Assembly (NCBI GenBank): GCA_965209155.1
Contig: OZ242383.1
Location: 1,920,001-1,984,000, forward strand
DNA length: 64,000 nt
DNA from: a bacterium
GTDB taxonomy: Bacteria > SAR324 > NAC60-12
Direction: 5' to 3'
In this document: positions 1 through 9,617 of the stretch, one piece after another
How the letters are laid out: the number at the start of each line of letters is the position of its first letter
Position numbering within the stretch: the first letter of the stretch is position 1
Made by a program: the position numbers and the translations under genes
The notes under the pieces: model-generated
What the model was told of the DNA's origin: nothing
Databases searched by the model: none
What the model saw: the letters and a program-made list of their open reading frames with translations, nothing else

Positions 1-665
1 CCATGTTGCTCGATTACCTCGGGAGGCAATATCCAATGAAACCAGTGGCCGAGGAGACTCTCCAGCGCATCGTTGCGTGGCTCCTTCAGCTTAAAAACAA
101 CCGTGGAATCGTCGGTGGCCGTAATCGATTCCCATGTCGCGACCTTCATCGAGTCGAATTGGCTAGCTTCGGTGAAGCCGCTGCCCAGACCCGTATAACG
201 GTGAAAGTTATATTCAACATCCTTGGCCGTCATCTCTCGCCCGGACATCGGTGCCTTGTTATGCCAGTGAACGCCCTGGCGGATGTTGACAACGATCGTG
301 GTGGGGTCAGGAGTTTCCCAGCTTTCCGCCAGATTCCCTCTGACGGCAAATAGCGGGACATACCTGCTTGTGAAGCCAAATTCATTCCTATCTATTCCCC
401 AGTTCCCGATGGCGAGCTTCTCTGCAACGGCATCGACGCCCCTTGGTCCGTGGACCTGGGAGTAGGGGTCAGTACCCAAAGTCCCCTCGATCCGCTCGGC
501 GTAGGTTAAGGTCCCCCCATATCGAGGGGCTTCCACCATTTCACCAGTGGTGGGGTCTTTGACCATCTCTGCAGCCATGGCTGCCGAACTGACCCCGAGA
601 GCGGCCACCATCAGGATGAAGGTGAGCAATAAAGATTGGATTGTTCTGGTTTTGTTTTTTTCCAT
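1..665 (-). CDS. ABC transporter substrate-binding protein, family 5 (peptide/nickel type); runs off the window
   Basis: Not in the ORF track; translated by hand from ATG at 665 with a GGAGG RBS: MEKNKTRTIQSLLLTFILMVAALGVSSAAMAAEMVKDPTTGEMVEAPRYGGTLT...GNLAESWETPDPTTIVVNIRQGVHWH...GREMTAKDVEYNF. Signal peptide and family-5 motifs resemble the SBPs at 39.7 and 54.9 kb. Confidence 0.88.
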   Translation of the reverse strand, partial: MEKNKTRTIQSLLLTFILMVAALGVSSAAMAAEMVKDPTTGEMVEAPRYGGTLTYAERIEGTLGTDPYSQVHGPRGVDAVAEKLAIGNWGIDRNEFGFTSRYVPLFAVRGNLAESWETPDPTTIVVNIRQGVHWHNKAPMSGREMTAKDVEYNFHRYTGLGSGFTEASQFDSMKVATWESITATDDSTVVFKLKEPRNDALESLLGHWFHWILPPEVIEQH

Positions 666-1137
666 GATTCCTCCTACACTTGAAGTGAAATTAGAAGATT
701 CGCCATACCATTGAGCGAATCGGATCACCGCTCCCCGCTTTCGCCGGGACGAGTTTACGAGGAGAATTTTTTGTACGGCAGACACGATGTCTGCCATGTT
801 CAGCCCCACGATCGGGGCAAAAAGTTGCTTGAAATACATAGCCATGGGAACTCCTTATACAAGAGATTGAAAATACTTCACCCGGCCATTGAGCACATCG
901 AAAGAACGGGTACGCGAAGGCCTGGACGAGGAACAAAAGATTCCCGGGGAAGAGGAATTGCTTTCACATATTTGATTCGCTTCCTCTCTTCCCCAAGCAA
1001 TTCCATTGGTACGATAAATGTAATATATATATTGCAAGCTTTTTTTGTCATTTTTTTGCTTTGAAACGCAAGCTACTGAAATTAGTGCAGTTGGTTAAGC
1101 GGTAGCGCATTCTTTTTACCTCTCTAGTAGGAGCAAT

Positions 1138-1254
1138 AAAGAAGCTGAAAACTGGAGAGAATTACCCGAAATTATCAACACCCCTGAAATGAGGCAAGCA
1201 ATGGCAGTCTTAAAACGATTTTCTGAAAAAGAAGCGAATTATCATTGTCTGTAA
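1138..1254 (+). pseudogene. Internal fragment of an Rpn-family (PD-(D/E)XK nuclease/putative transposase) gene
   Basis: Hand translation KEAENWRELPEIINTPEMRQAMAVLKRFSEKEANYHCL* resembles the pre-C-terminal helix of Rpn proteins; no start codon or N-terminal part. Confidence 0.45.
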
Positions 1255-1270
1255 CAGGGACTAGCTCCTC

Positions 1271-1921
1271 TTATGCCTGTACAAAGGGATTGTAGCGCAT
1301 TTCGTTACCGATAGTGGTGGAGGGGCCATGGCCGGTGATGACATGGGTATCCTCATCAAGAGTATAAATCTGTTGTTTGATGGATCGAGTAATCGTTTCA
1401 AAGCTGCCGCCCCATAGATCCGTCCGACCTACGGAACCTTGGAACAAAGTGTCTCCTGCAATCAGTAGCTTTTGCTGCTCAAACAAAAAACTCATGGATC
1501 CGGGCGTATGGCCTGGCGTGTGGAGGGCTTTGCCTTTAAATTGATTGATATCCAATTCTTCCTCGTGTTCCAGCCAATGATCAGGAGGAGGAGTCGGTCG
1601 ATAGGGAATTCCGAACATGTCGCACTGGCCTTTCAGGTTATCCCAGAGGGGCTTGTCTTCCGGATGAAGCGCCAGGGGAGCTCCTGTGGCTTTTGCGATC
1701 TCCCCGGATGCGAGAAAGTGATCCAAATGGGCGTGAGTGTGGATGATTTGGACAACAGTCAGTCCCAGTGATTGCAAAGTTTCCAGAATGAGCGTGGCAT
1801 CACCTCCGGGATCGACGACAATGGCTTTTCCGCTCCGGGAGTCTCCCAATATTGCGCAATTACAGGAAAGCGGACCTACGGGGAATGATTTAACAATCAT
1901 GGAAGAAATTGTGGATTTCAT
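1271..1921 (-). CDS. MBL-fold metallo-hydrolase (glyoxalase II-like)
   Basis: THAHLDH, HTPGHT, GDTLF and GRTDL motifs. Start placed at ATG 1921, overlapping the topA stop (TGATG); ATG 1900 is an alternative. Confidence 0.9.
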   Translation of the reverse strand: MKSTISSMIVKSFPVGPLSCNCAILGDSRSGKAIVVDPGGDATLILETLQSLGLTVVQIIHTHAHLDHFLASGEIAKATGAPLALHPEDKPLWDNLKGQCDMFGIPYRPTPPPDHWLEHEEELDINQFKGKALHTPGHTPGSMSFLFEQQKLLIAGDTLFQGSVGRTDLWGGSFETITRSIKQQIYTLDEDTHVITGHGPSTTIGNEMRYNPFVQA

Positions 1922-4350
1922 CACATAAGCACATTTTCTGGTTCCGGTACACGGAAATAATTGCAGTTGGACTGAGGACATTCCAGGAAATGCTCTTTTC
2001 CAGATGGTTTCTCTTCCATGATTGGGAAACCGCATTGTGGACAGGCTTCATCAACCGGCTTGTTCCAAATGGCATATTTGCACTTGGGATATTTGGAACA
2101 ACCGTAAAACGTTTTCCCTTTGCGAGATTTTCTCTCGAGGAGCGTACCCTTTTTACACTCGGGACAAGAAACCCCCGTATCAGCTTGAATTTTTTTCTGA
2201 ATATAGTTGCAACGGGGATAGTCGACACATGAAATAAAAGGACTGTAACGACCTTTACGCTGAACCAATTTGGAGCCGCAAAGGACGCATTTACCTTCCA
2301 CCGGGATGGGGGAATCCTCTTCAAATGGTCGAGTATTCCGGCATTCTGGATAATTGGTACAGGCATAAAATTTTCCAAAACGTCCAGTCTTAACCTTAAA
2401 GAGGTTCCCACATTGATCACACTTGAAGTCACTTAATTCCTGTTTGGCAATTTGGGGATTCCCATCAACGTCTCGAGTCAGTTCCGCCGTAAATTTACAG
2501 TCGGGAAAATTGGAACAGGATAAAAATTCTCCGTTTTTACCCCACTTGATCACCAGCAGGTTTTGACAATTTTCACAGGCGAGAGTGGTGGGAATTTCCT
2601 GTTTTTTGACATCTCGCATCTTCACCTGCGCCTCTTGGAGGTCTGATTTGAATTTCTTATAGAAGACACGGATCGCCTCCGTCCAATTTTCATCGCCGGT
2701 TTCAACGGCATCTAGAATATCTTCCAGGTGAGCCGTGAAATGGACATCGAGAATTTCAGGGAAATTTTCAACCAGCAATTCATCAACGAGCATGCCGGTC
2801 GCAGTGGGATGGAAGCGATTTTGAATTCGTTCCACATATTCTCGTTTGGTGATGGTTTCCATGATGGATGCGAAGGTGCTCGGGCGTCCGATGCCTTTTT
2901 CTTCCAATTCCCTGACCAAGCTGGCCTGGCTATAACGAGGGGGTGGTTCCGTAAAGTGTTGAGAAGGTGTGATATCGCCGACTTGCAGCACTTCTCCTTC
3001 TTTCAAAGGGGGTAAGGCTTGGTCCGGTTCTTCTTTTTGAACATCGTCTTTTCCCTCTTCGTACAGTTTGAGAAATCCCGAAAACAACAAGACGGATCCC
3101 GTCACTTTCCACAAGAATTTCCCCGCCGTGATTTCGACCTGCGTTTGGTCATAGACTGCGGAACTCATCTGCGAAGAAACAAAACGGTTCCAGATTAATT
3201 CATAAAGACGTTGCTGGTCTTTGTCGAGAAAAGAACGCGTTTGTTCCGGGGAATATCGCATGGAGGTCGGTCGAATCGCCTCATGAGCGTCTTGAACTTT
3301 TTTGGACTGTTTTGTTTTGTATATTCTCGCTTTTTGAGGACAATAATCTTTGCCGTAGGTCTTGATGATCATTTTTCGAACATCCCTGAGGATGCTTTCA
3401 GAAATGCGCAGGGAGTCAGTACGCATGTAAGTGATCAATCCGCCAATTTCATCATTCACTCCTTCATACAACTGTTGGGCAATCCGCATGGTCCGGGTGC
3501 TACTGAAACCCAATTTGCGGGCCGCTTCCTGTTGCAGGGTCGAGGTGATGAACGGGCCCGCGGGATGTCGAAGGCGTTGCTTTTTAGTGACTTTGTCGAT
3601 GACGAATGTTTCCTTTTCGCACTGCTTTTTGATGTCAGTCGCAGTCTTCTCGTCACCGATAACGATGTCAGTCGCAGTCTTCTCGTTACCGAAAACGACG
3701 TTTTTTCCGTCTAGTTTTGCCAGTTTGATTTGAAATGATTGATTTTTTTGATTTTTAGCAACTGCGTTTATTTTCCAGTACTCCCTGGATTTGAATTTTC
3801 TGATCTCGGCTTCTCGTTGACAGATTAAACGCACTGCCACTGATTGGACACGCCCCGCACTGAGACCAAAACGCACCTTTTCCCATAGAAGGGGACTGAT
3901 TTGATACCCCACCAGCCGGTCCAACACGCGTCTTGCTTTTTGTGCGTTATATTTACTGAAATTAAGGGAATCAGCCTGCTTGATTTTTTCTAAAACGGAG
4001 CTTTTGGTGATTTCGTAAAGAAGCAGACGAAAAATATCTCCTTTGAAATAGGGTTTCAGTTCTTCAGCGAGATGCACCGCAATCGCTTCGCCTTCACGGT
4101 CCGGGTCAGGTGCCAAATAGATATTCTCTGCTGATTTTGCAGCCTTTAGAATGGTTCCGAGTATCGTCCGTTTTTTAGAGATGACGTCATATTCAGGCTC
4201 GAAATCTTTTTCGATATTGACGCCCAAACGATCCTTGGGAAGATCTTTCACGTGACCTACGGAAGCAAGCACCTTGAAATCTTTGCCTAAATATTTGTTG
4301 ATTGTTTTGGCTTTTGCCGGGGATTCCACAATTACCAATGAATTTGTCAT
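1921..4350 (-). CDS. topA: DNA topoisomerase I (type IA)
   Basis: LVIVESPAKAKTI, DPDREGE, SAGRVQS, ITYMRTDS (catalytic Tyr), AHEAIRP, and C-terminal C4 zinc ribbons. Confidence 0.98.
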   Translation of the reverse strand: MTNSLVIVESPAKAKTINKYLGKDFKVLASVGHVKDLPKDRLGVNIEKDFEPEYDVISKKRTILGTILKAAKSAENIYLAPDPDREGEAIAVHLAEELKPYFKGDIFRLLLYEITKSSVLEKIKQADSLNFSKYNAQKARRVLDRLVGYQISPLLWEKVRFGLSAGRVQSVAVRLICQREAEIRKFKSREYWKINAVAKNQKNQSFQIKLAKLDGKNVVFGNEKTATDIVIGDEKTATDIKKQCEKETFVIDKVTKKQRLRHPAGPFITSTLQQEAARKLGFSSTRTMRIAQQLYEGVNDEIGGLITYMRTDSLRISESILRDVRKMIIKTYGKDYCPQKARIYKTKQSKKVQDAHEAIRPTSMRYSPEQTRSFLDKDQQRLYELIWNRFVSSQMSSAVYDQTQVEITAGKFLWKVTGSVLLFSGFLKLYEEGKDDVQKEEPDQALPPLKEGEVLQVGDITPSQHFTEPPPRYSQASLVRELEEKGIGRPSTFASIMETITKREYVERIQNRFHPTATGMLVDELLVENFPEILDVHFTAHLEDILDAVETGDENWTEAIRVFYKKFKSDLQEAQVKMRDVKKQEIPTTLACENCQNLLVIKWGKNGEFLSCSNFPDCKFTAELTRDVDGNPQIAKQELSDFKCDQCGNLFKVKTGRFGKFYACTNYPECRNTRPFEEDSPIPVEGKCVLCGSKLVQRKGRYSPFISCVDYPRCNYIQKKIQADTGVSCPECKKGTLLERKSRKGKTFYGCSKYPKCKYAIWNKPVDEACPQCGFPIMEEKPSGKEHFLECPQSNCNYFRVPEPENVLM
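3631..3696. repeat. 33-bp in-frame tandem duplication inside topA
   Basis: gatgtcagtcgcagtcttctcgtcaccgataac / gatgtcagtcgcagtcttctcgttaccgaaaac; protein reads VFGNEKTATDI-VIGDEKTATDI. Confidence 0.95.
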
Positions 4351-4566
4351 AACTGAATTTTTTTAAAAGTTGAGGTAAAGAGGCTTGAAGCAGACCTGAT
4401 TGATTGATAAGGGCGATAGAATAATATTCTTCTCGACAGAGCGGGTGTTTTGCCTTGAGAGCATTGAACCAAACTGCATTTTTTTATTTCTGGTTTACCG
4501 TTTTTCCGTCTGGAATCCTAATTAATGTTCACATTAATTCAAGTGAAATATTTGAGACTACGCAGG

Positions 4567-5100
4567 TTATGAACTCCGTGGTTGTATCAGCTTCAGTTTT
4601 TTAAGTGGTAAGAAATCCAACAGCAGGTGGGTGTACCATCCTCCAATGCATGCAATGACGAGCCAGCGGTGATTGGCCAAATGCTGAACGATTCGATCCA
4701 TTGAAAAGTCCTGAATAAACTGCTCTTTGGTCAGTAAGTATTCGTATAAGACGGCCAGGGCGACAGGGAACAATAAAACCGAAAAAAAATTATGCGTCCA
4801 ACCGCGATGGCTGTTCAACAAAGGCGTGATCGCCACGAGAGCCAGCAGTGTGGCTTCCTCGAACCGTTGATAATAACTCAATATCAACAGGAGGACGAAG
4901 ATGGAGCGAAAAAACCATCGCTGCGGAATGGAACTGATGTCCAAATCCGGAAACAAACTGAAAAACAGGGTCACCAGAAAAATCTGTCCCAAGAGTAAAG
5001 GAGGAGCGGGAACTCCCAATGGTTCACTGAGGACAAATGCGCCAACCGAGAGAATCGCTCCCGTGGCCATCCCTCCGGTTAAGTGCCCCTTGAAATTCAT
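4567..5100 (-). CDS. Membrane-bound metal-dependent hydrolase (YdjM-like)
   Basis: N-terminal His, PDLD, HRGWTH and HLLLD motifs; hydrophobic helices. Confidence 0.8.
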   Translation of the reverse strand: MNFKGHLTGGMATGAILSVGAFVLSEPLGVPAPPLLLGQIFLVTLFFSLFPDLDISSIPQRWFFRSIFVLLLILSYYQRFEEATLLALVAITPLLNSHRGWTHNFFSVLLFPVALAVLYEYLLTKEQFIQDFSMDRIVQHLANHRWLVIACIGGWYTHLLLDFLPLKKLKLIQPRSS

Positions 5101-5321
5101 TGTATCCCGGAAAAAAAGAATTGATTGAAAAATATCTTTTGAGGGGAAGGATTATCACTTTACATGCTCAACCTGCAATCCTTATGCCTGCTAATTCATG
5201 AAAAAATGGGAATTCACATAAAAAAATGAAGCGTGCGAAACCGGGTTGGACTGACAATTCATTGCTTTCAAGGGGAGAATTTTATATATCCGGCGATTGA
5301 GCTTATCTTACCGGTTTTTCA

Positions 5322-6170
5322 TCAAGATGGCCAGAGTTGCGCGCCTCCATCGACTCGCAACACTTGACCCGTGATATAGGAAGAGTCGGCAGTGACCAGA
5401 AATTCTAAAGTCAGGGCAATCTCCTGCGGCCAACCGTACCGAGTCAGCGTGCCGTCCTCTACTTTACGACTTTCATCCGTCTCACGACTGGCGAGAAATC
5501 GAGGCGTAATGATTTCTCCCGGCGCAATCGCGTTGACGTAGACATTGTATTCACGCATTTGGGCCGCAAGACACCTGGTATATTCATGTACTGCGGCCTT
5601 TGATGTGCTGTAGATTGCAGAATACGCTTGACCCCTTAATCCTGCAACGCTGCCGATATTAACGATCCAGCCTGATTTTCTGTCCATCATCCCAGGCGCC
5701 ACTGCTCGACATGGAAGAATGCAGGTCATCAAATTACGATCCATCACCGTGCGAACATCTGCGACAGACACGTACACCGCATCGTTAGTGACCGGTTTGC
5801 CCGCATTTTGACCCAGCGTCCCCTGGACACCGATGTCGCCACCCGCGTTATTCACCAGGATATCGATGGGACCGAAATGCTCACTGATCTGAGCCGTCAG
5901 TTTGTTAACGACGTTTTCGTCTGTCAAATCGCCATGCACCGCCAGCACTTCAGCATTATGCGCCATTGCGATTTCTTCGACGACCTGCTCGAGAGAATCT
6001 GCTTCATTGAAGGCTCGGGTAGAAGTCGGAGTGGTGCCATGAATGATTACTCTTGCGCCAAGATTTGCCAGGTGATTCGCCACCACGCGACCAATGCCAC
6101 GGGATGAGCCGGTAATCCATGCCACTTTCCCTTGTAATCTCTTTTCAGTCATTGGGTTCTTTTTCTTCAT
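5322..6170 (-). CDS. SDR family oxidoreductase
   Basis: TGSSRGIG, NNAG and YSTSK motifs; start uncertain (6170 or 6152). Confidence 0.9.
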   Translation of the reverse strand: MKKKNPMTEKRLQGKVAWITGSSRGIGRVVANHLANLGARVIIHGTTPTSTRAFNEADSLEQVVEEIAMAHNAEVLAVHGDLTDENVVNKLTAQISEHFGPIDILVNNAGGDIGVQGTLGQNAGKPVTNDAVYVSVADVRTVMDRNLMTCILPCRAVAPGMMDRKSGWIVNIGSVAGLRGQAYSAIYSTSKAAVHEYTRCLAAQMREYNVYVNAIAPGEIITPRFLASRETDESRKVEDGTLTRYGWPQEIALTLEFLVTADSSYITGQVLRVDGGAQLWPS

Positions 6171-6380
6171 TGGTTTTATTTGCTGCCTGGTAGCTATAAC
6201 GGTTCGACCACATTTTCTGCTCAATTATTTTAATTTCGAAGGAATGTGAAGAATCATGGAGATCACTCCCCGGACTGGGGATGTCTCGGCGAGATACGAT
6301 CAAGTGATCCGGTAAAATTGCTCCTCGAGTTCCGGCACTATATCAGTGATAGATCGGGTCGTCAAGTTGGCTGTCATTCC

Positions 6381-7349
6381 TTAAGGTATCAGTAATATTT
6401 TTCCTGTCGTTTTTCGTCCTTCCAGATCAATATGGGCGTTTTTAGCCTCTGAAAGGGGAAAGACATGATTGATGGCCAAGTTCAATTTCTTTTCTTTGAT
6501 CCAGCTAAAAATCTCATTGGTTCGTTGTTCCAGGTCTTCCCTGTCAGCAATATAATCGTTCAAGGAGGGACGTGTCAGAAATAAAGAACCTTTGGCTTGT
6601 AGATGTACAGGATTGAATTCCGTTACCGGACCGCTGGAATTGCCATAGAGCACCAGATAACCTCGCGGTCTCAGACAATTGAGACTTTTGGAGCAGGTGG
6701 TTTTACCAATAGAATCATAAACGACGTGGACTCCCTGACCATCGGTGAGTCGGGAGACTTCTTGTTCAAAATCGGTTTGAGTATATAGGATCACTTCATC
6801 AGCGCCCACTGCTTTGGCCTTGGCTGCTTTTTCTTCCGTAGAAACAGTCCCAATTGTATATGCACCAGCCATTTTTGCCATTTGAAGCATCAAGAGACCC
6901 ATCCCTCCGGCAGCGGCGTGAATCAGACAACGGTCACCTTTTTGTAAAGGATATGTGGAATGAGTCAGATAATGAGCGGTACACCCCTGTAACATTGCGG
7001 CTGCCCCTTCCCGGAGGGAAACACCTGTCGGTAATTTCACCAATCTCGACTCCGGCACCTTCACATATTCCGCATAAGCACCAGGAATTCCAGTGAAGGC
7101 AACATGCTCTCCAATGGAAAAATCAGAGACGCTTGCGCCAAAGTTTTCTACAACCCCCGCTCCTTCCATTCCCAATACATATGGGAGATTTACCGGATAG
7201 AGTCCCGATCGTTGATAAGTGTCAATGAAGTTGACACCAGCCGCTCCGATACGTACTAAAACATCACTTGCTCCACACGCAGGGATGTCGATCTCTTCAT
7301 ATCTCATTTTTTCAGGGCCACCCGTTTCTTTGATCAATATTGCTTTCAT
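6381..7349 (-). CDS. qor: NADPH:quinone oxidoreductase (zeta-crystallin family)
   Basis: GVNFIDTYQRSG, HAAAGGMG, KGSLFLTRPSL and RKTTGK motifs. Confidence 0.9.
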   Translation of the reverse strand: MKAILIKETGGPEKMRYEEIDIPACGASDVLVRIGAAGVNFIDTYQRSGLYPVNLPYVLGMEGAGVVENFGASVSDFSIGEHVAFTGIPGAYAEYVKVPESRLVKLPTGVSLREGAAAMLQGCTAHYLTHSTYPLQKGDRCLIHAAAGGMGLLMLQMAKMAGAYTIGTVSTEEKAAKAKAVGADEVILYTQTDFEQEVSRLTDGQGVHVVYDSIGKTTCSKSLNCLRPRGYLVLYGNSSGPVTEFNPVHLQAKGSLFLTRPSLNDYIADREDLEQRTNEIFSWIKEKKLNLAINHVFPLSEAKNAHIDLEGRKTTGKILLIP

Positions 7350-7378
7350 TGGCTGTATTCCATCTATATGATTTTTAA

Positions 7379-7940
7379 GTCATCACCACCAGCAGAGCCG
7401 GTGGCTTGAAGAGGCCCCCAGGATGGGGGCAAAACGTGTTCGTCATCGTAAGACGTGCTCGTGCTCGTGAACGAAAAAGGCTGCCATGTCAGATCATGAA
7501 AAACTCGATGTATACCAATGTTCCATCGAATTTTTAGCGTTATCTGTCCAAGTCATCGAAACATGGCCAAAAGGATACTCAGCCTTAGTTGACCAACTGA
7601 AAAGGGCCTCATGGTCGATTCCTCTCAATATCGCAGAAGGCTGTGGAAAAAATTCCTTTCCTGACAAGCAACGATTCTATGCATTTGCCCGAAGTTCCGC
7701 AATGGAATGCGCTGCTATTCTCGATGTTTTAAACGTGTTGAAGATCATCCAGCCTCCTTTATTTGACGAAGGGAAACAGTTACTTCATCGCAGTGTTTCT
7801 ATGTTAACCAAAATGTGCCGTCGAATTCACTGACCGTTCACGAGCACGAGCACGGCTAACGGACACGGATACGTTTCTCATGTCTGACCGGCAAAGCCTA
7901 TCAGGTTCGCACCAGCAGAGCTGGTGGTTTAATGAGATTA
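7379..7940 (-). mobile_element. 562-bp non-autonomous element with IS200/IS605-type ends carrying a four-helix-bundle gene (copy 1)
   Basis: Near-identical to 13753-14308 and 35613-36174. Subterminal hairpins at both ends; TTAAT (ATTAA at 7941-7945) abuts the left end; right end is TGAC; no transposase. Confidence 0.85.
7486..7833 (+). CDS. Four-helix-bundle protein (23S rRNA IVP / Avd-like family)
   Basis: HEKLDVYQ, DQLKRASWSIPLNIAEG and ARxSAMEC motifs; 115 aa. Confidence 0.9.
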   Translation: MSDHEKLDVYQCSIEFLALSVQVIETWPKGYSALVDQLKRASWSIPLNIAEGCGKNSFPDKQRFYAFARSSAMECAAILDVLNVLKIIQPPLFDEGKQLLHRSVSMLTKMCRRIH

Positions 7941-7957
7941 ATTAATCGTAACTATTC

Positions 7958-8130
7958 GCGTGAATCAGGAGTTAAAAAACGTGTCATTCCTGGCTTGAAC
8001 AGGAATCCAGGGGGATCCGGGCGACATTCTGGATACCGGATCATCCCGGACCAGATCCGGGACCAGGATGACACATCATAATTATTAAATGATTGATTTT
8101 ATAAATTAAATTTCAACTCCTGATTCGCAT
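7958..8130. mobile_element. MITE-like element with 16-bp terminal inverted repeats and internal REP-like hairpins
   Basis: Ends gcgtgaatcaggagtt / aactcctgattcgcat, flanked by the 7-bp direct repeat ACTATTC (7951-7957, 8131-8137). It interrupts an IS66-type left end (gtaactattc|agg). Confidence 0.75.
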
Positions 8131-8285
8131 ACTATTCAGGAATCTTTAAAGAGAATCCTTCAATTTTAGCACAGATTTTGCGCAGTTCGTCGTGTTTTTC
8201 CTGGATTTGGATTTCGATAGGTTTGTTCAGGAATCCCTCCTATGCCCGAGTGATGAATAGATTGTAGTCAAGGGGAGCGACCACT

Positions 8286-9617
8286 TCAGGTCACCGAGTT
8301 AATCGCCTCGTGGAGGATCTCCAGGATTTTGTCCACTTCCTCTTCGCTGATGATCAGCGGTGGAGCGAACATGATAATGTCGCCTTTGACCCGTGTGAAA
8401 AGTCCCCGTTCGATACAGGCGTGGCGAACTTGATCACCGATTCCTGCGGGCGTTTTCGACTCGTGGTCAGCAACGAATTCAATTGCGGCCATGAGACCCA
8501 GGCCGCGAACATCTCCTACACACGGGAACTCGCTAAACGCCTGCAACCCGGAAAGTAAACGTTTGCCCATTTTATCGGCGTTTTCGACCAGCCCGCCACG
8601 TTTCAAAATCTCCAGGTTCTTGAGGGCCACTGCGCAGCAGGTAGGATGCCCTGAATAAGTGTACGCATGCATCCAGGTCTCCCGGGGTTCGGCGCTGAGG
8701 ATGGTCTCACAGACCTGATCGGAGACCTGGATGCCCCCTAATGGTAGATAGCCGCTGGTAATCCCTTTGGCGAATGACAGGATATCGGGTTGAACGTCCC
8801 ACCTTCGCAGCGCGAACCAATCTCCTGTGCGTCCAAATCCGGTGATGACTTCATCGGCTATAAAAAGGACTTCATACTCATCGCAGATTGCTCGCACTCG
8901 GGGAAAATAATCATCAGGCGGCACAATGAGTCCCCCTGCCCCTTGAACCGGCTCCGCAATGAATGCCGCTACCGTATCTGGACCTTCACGGACGATGGCC
9001 TCCTCCAACGCGCGCGCAGCCGCTAATCCGATCGTTTCGTCTTTTCTCACCTCCCCTTCAAAACGATAGGGATTAGGCGCGGGAACGTGGAGGAAGTTGG
9101 GAACTCGCGGTTCAAACATCGTCCAGTAAGGCGCAATCCCCGTCGCGCTCATCGCCGCTAAAGTGACTCCATGATAGGCGTCTTGCCGTGCGATGACCTT
9201 GACCTTGTTCGGTTTGCCTTTTCGCTTCCAATAGTATCGTGCGGTCTTGAAGGCACTCTCATTCGCCTCGGCGCCTCCGGAGGTAAAAAAGGTCCTGTTC
9301 AGCTGAGGATAGGCAAAGCCTGCGAGTTTATGGCTCAATTCTATAACAGGCAGATTAGCCGAACCAACGTAATTGGAGCAGTAAGCAATTTGGCTCATCT
9401 GCGCGCGGGCGGCATCCGCGAGTTCGATATTGCCGTGTCCGATAAGGACATTCCATAACCCTGCCAGTCCATCGATGTATTCTTTCCCGTCCACCGTCTG
9501 TAACCAAATCCCATGCCCCGATTCGATAATGAGCGGGTTGTCGTGGGCAGCCGGATGGTGAAGGGGGTGGAGTAAGTGTTGTTGGTCTTGCTTGAGCAAA
9601 GCTGTTTTTTGAGTCAT
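8286..9617 (-). CDS. Class-III (omega-amine) aminotransferase
   Basis: IDGLAGLWN, AYHG, AEPVQGAGG, DEVITGFGRTG and AKGITSGY (PLP Lys). Confidence 0.93.
   Translation of the reverse strand: MTQKTALLKQDQQHLLHPLHHPAAHDNPLIIESGHGIWLQTVDGKEYIDGLAGLWNVLIGHGNIELADAARAQMSQIAYCSNYVGSANLPVIELSHKLAGFAYPQLNRTFFTSGGAEANESAFKTARYYWKRKGKPNKVKVIARQDAYHGVTLAAMSATGIAPYWTMFEPRVPNFLHVPAPNPYRFEGEVRKDETIGLAAARALEEAIVREGPDTVAAFIAEPVQGAGGLIVPPDDYFPRVRAICDEYEVLFIADEVITGFGRTGDWFALRRWDVQPDILSFAKGITSGYLPLGGIQVSDQVCETILSAEPRETWMHAYTYSGHPTCCAVALKNLEILKRGGLVENADKMGKRLLSGLQAFSEFPCVGDVRGLGLMAAIEFVADHESKTPAGIGDQVRHACIERGLFTRVKGDIIMFAPPLIISEEEVDKILEILHEAINSVT

Noticed and set aside
691..1064. Short ORFs in the SBP upstream region
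   Set aside because: No motifs or RBS; one contains a REP-like palindrome; most likely non-coding.
1083..1110. tRNA-like start (tagtgcagttggttaagc)
   Set aside because: No anticodon arm, T-arm or acceptor stem follows.
7379..7940. rRNA intervening sequence in a 23S gene
   Set aside because: No rRNA sequence flanks any of the four-helix-bundle genes.
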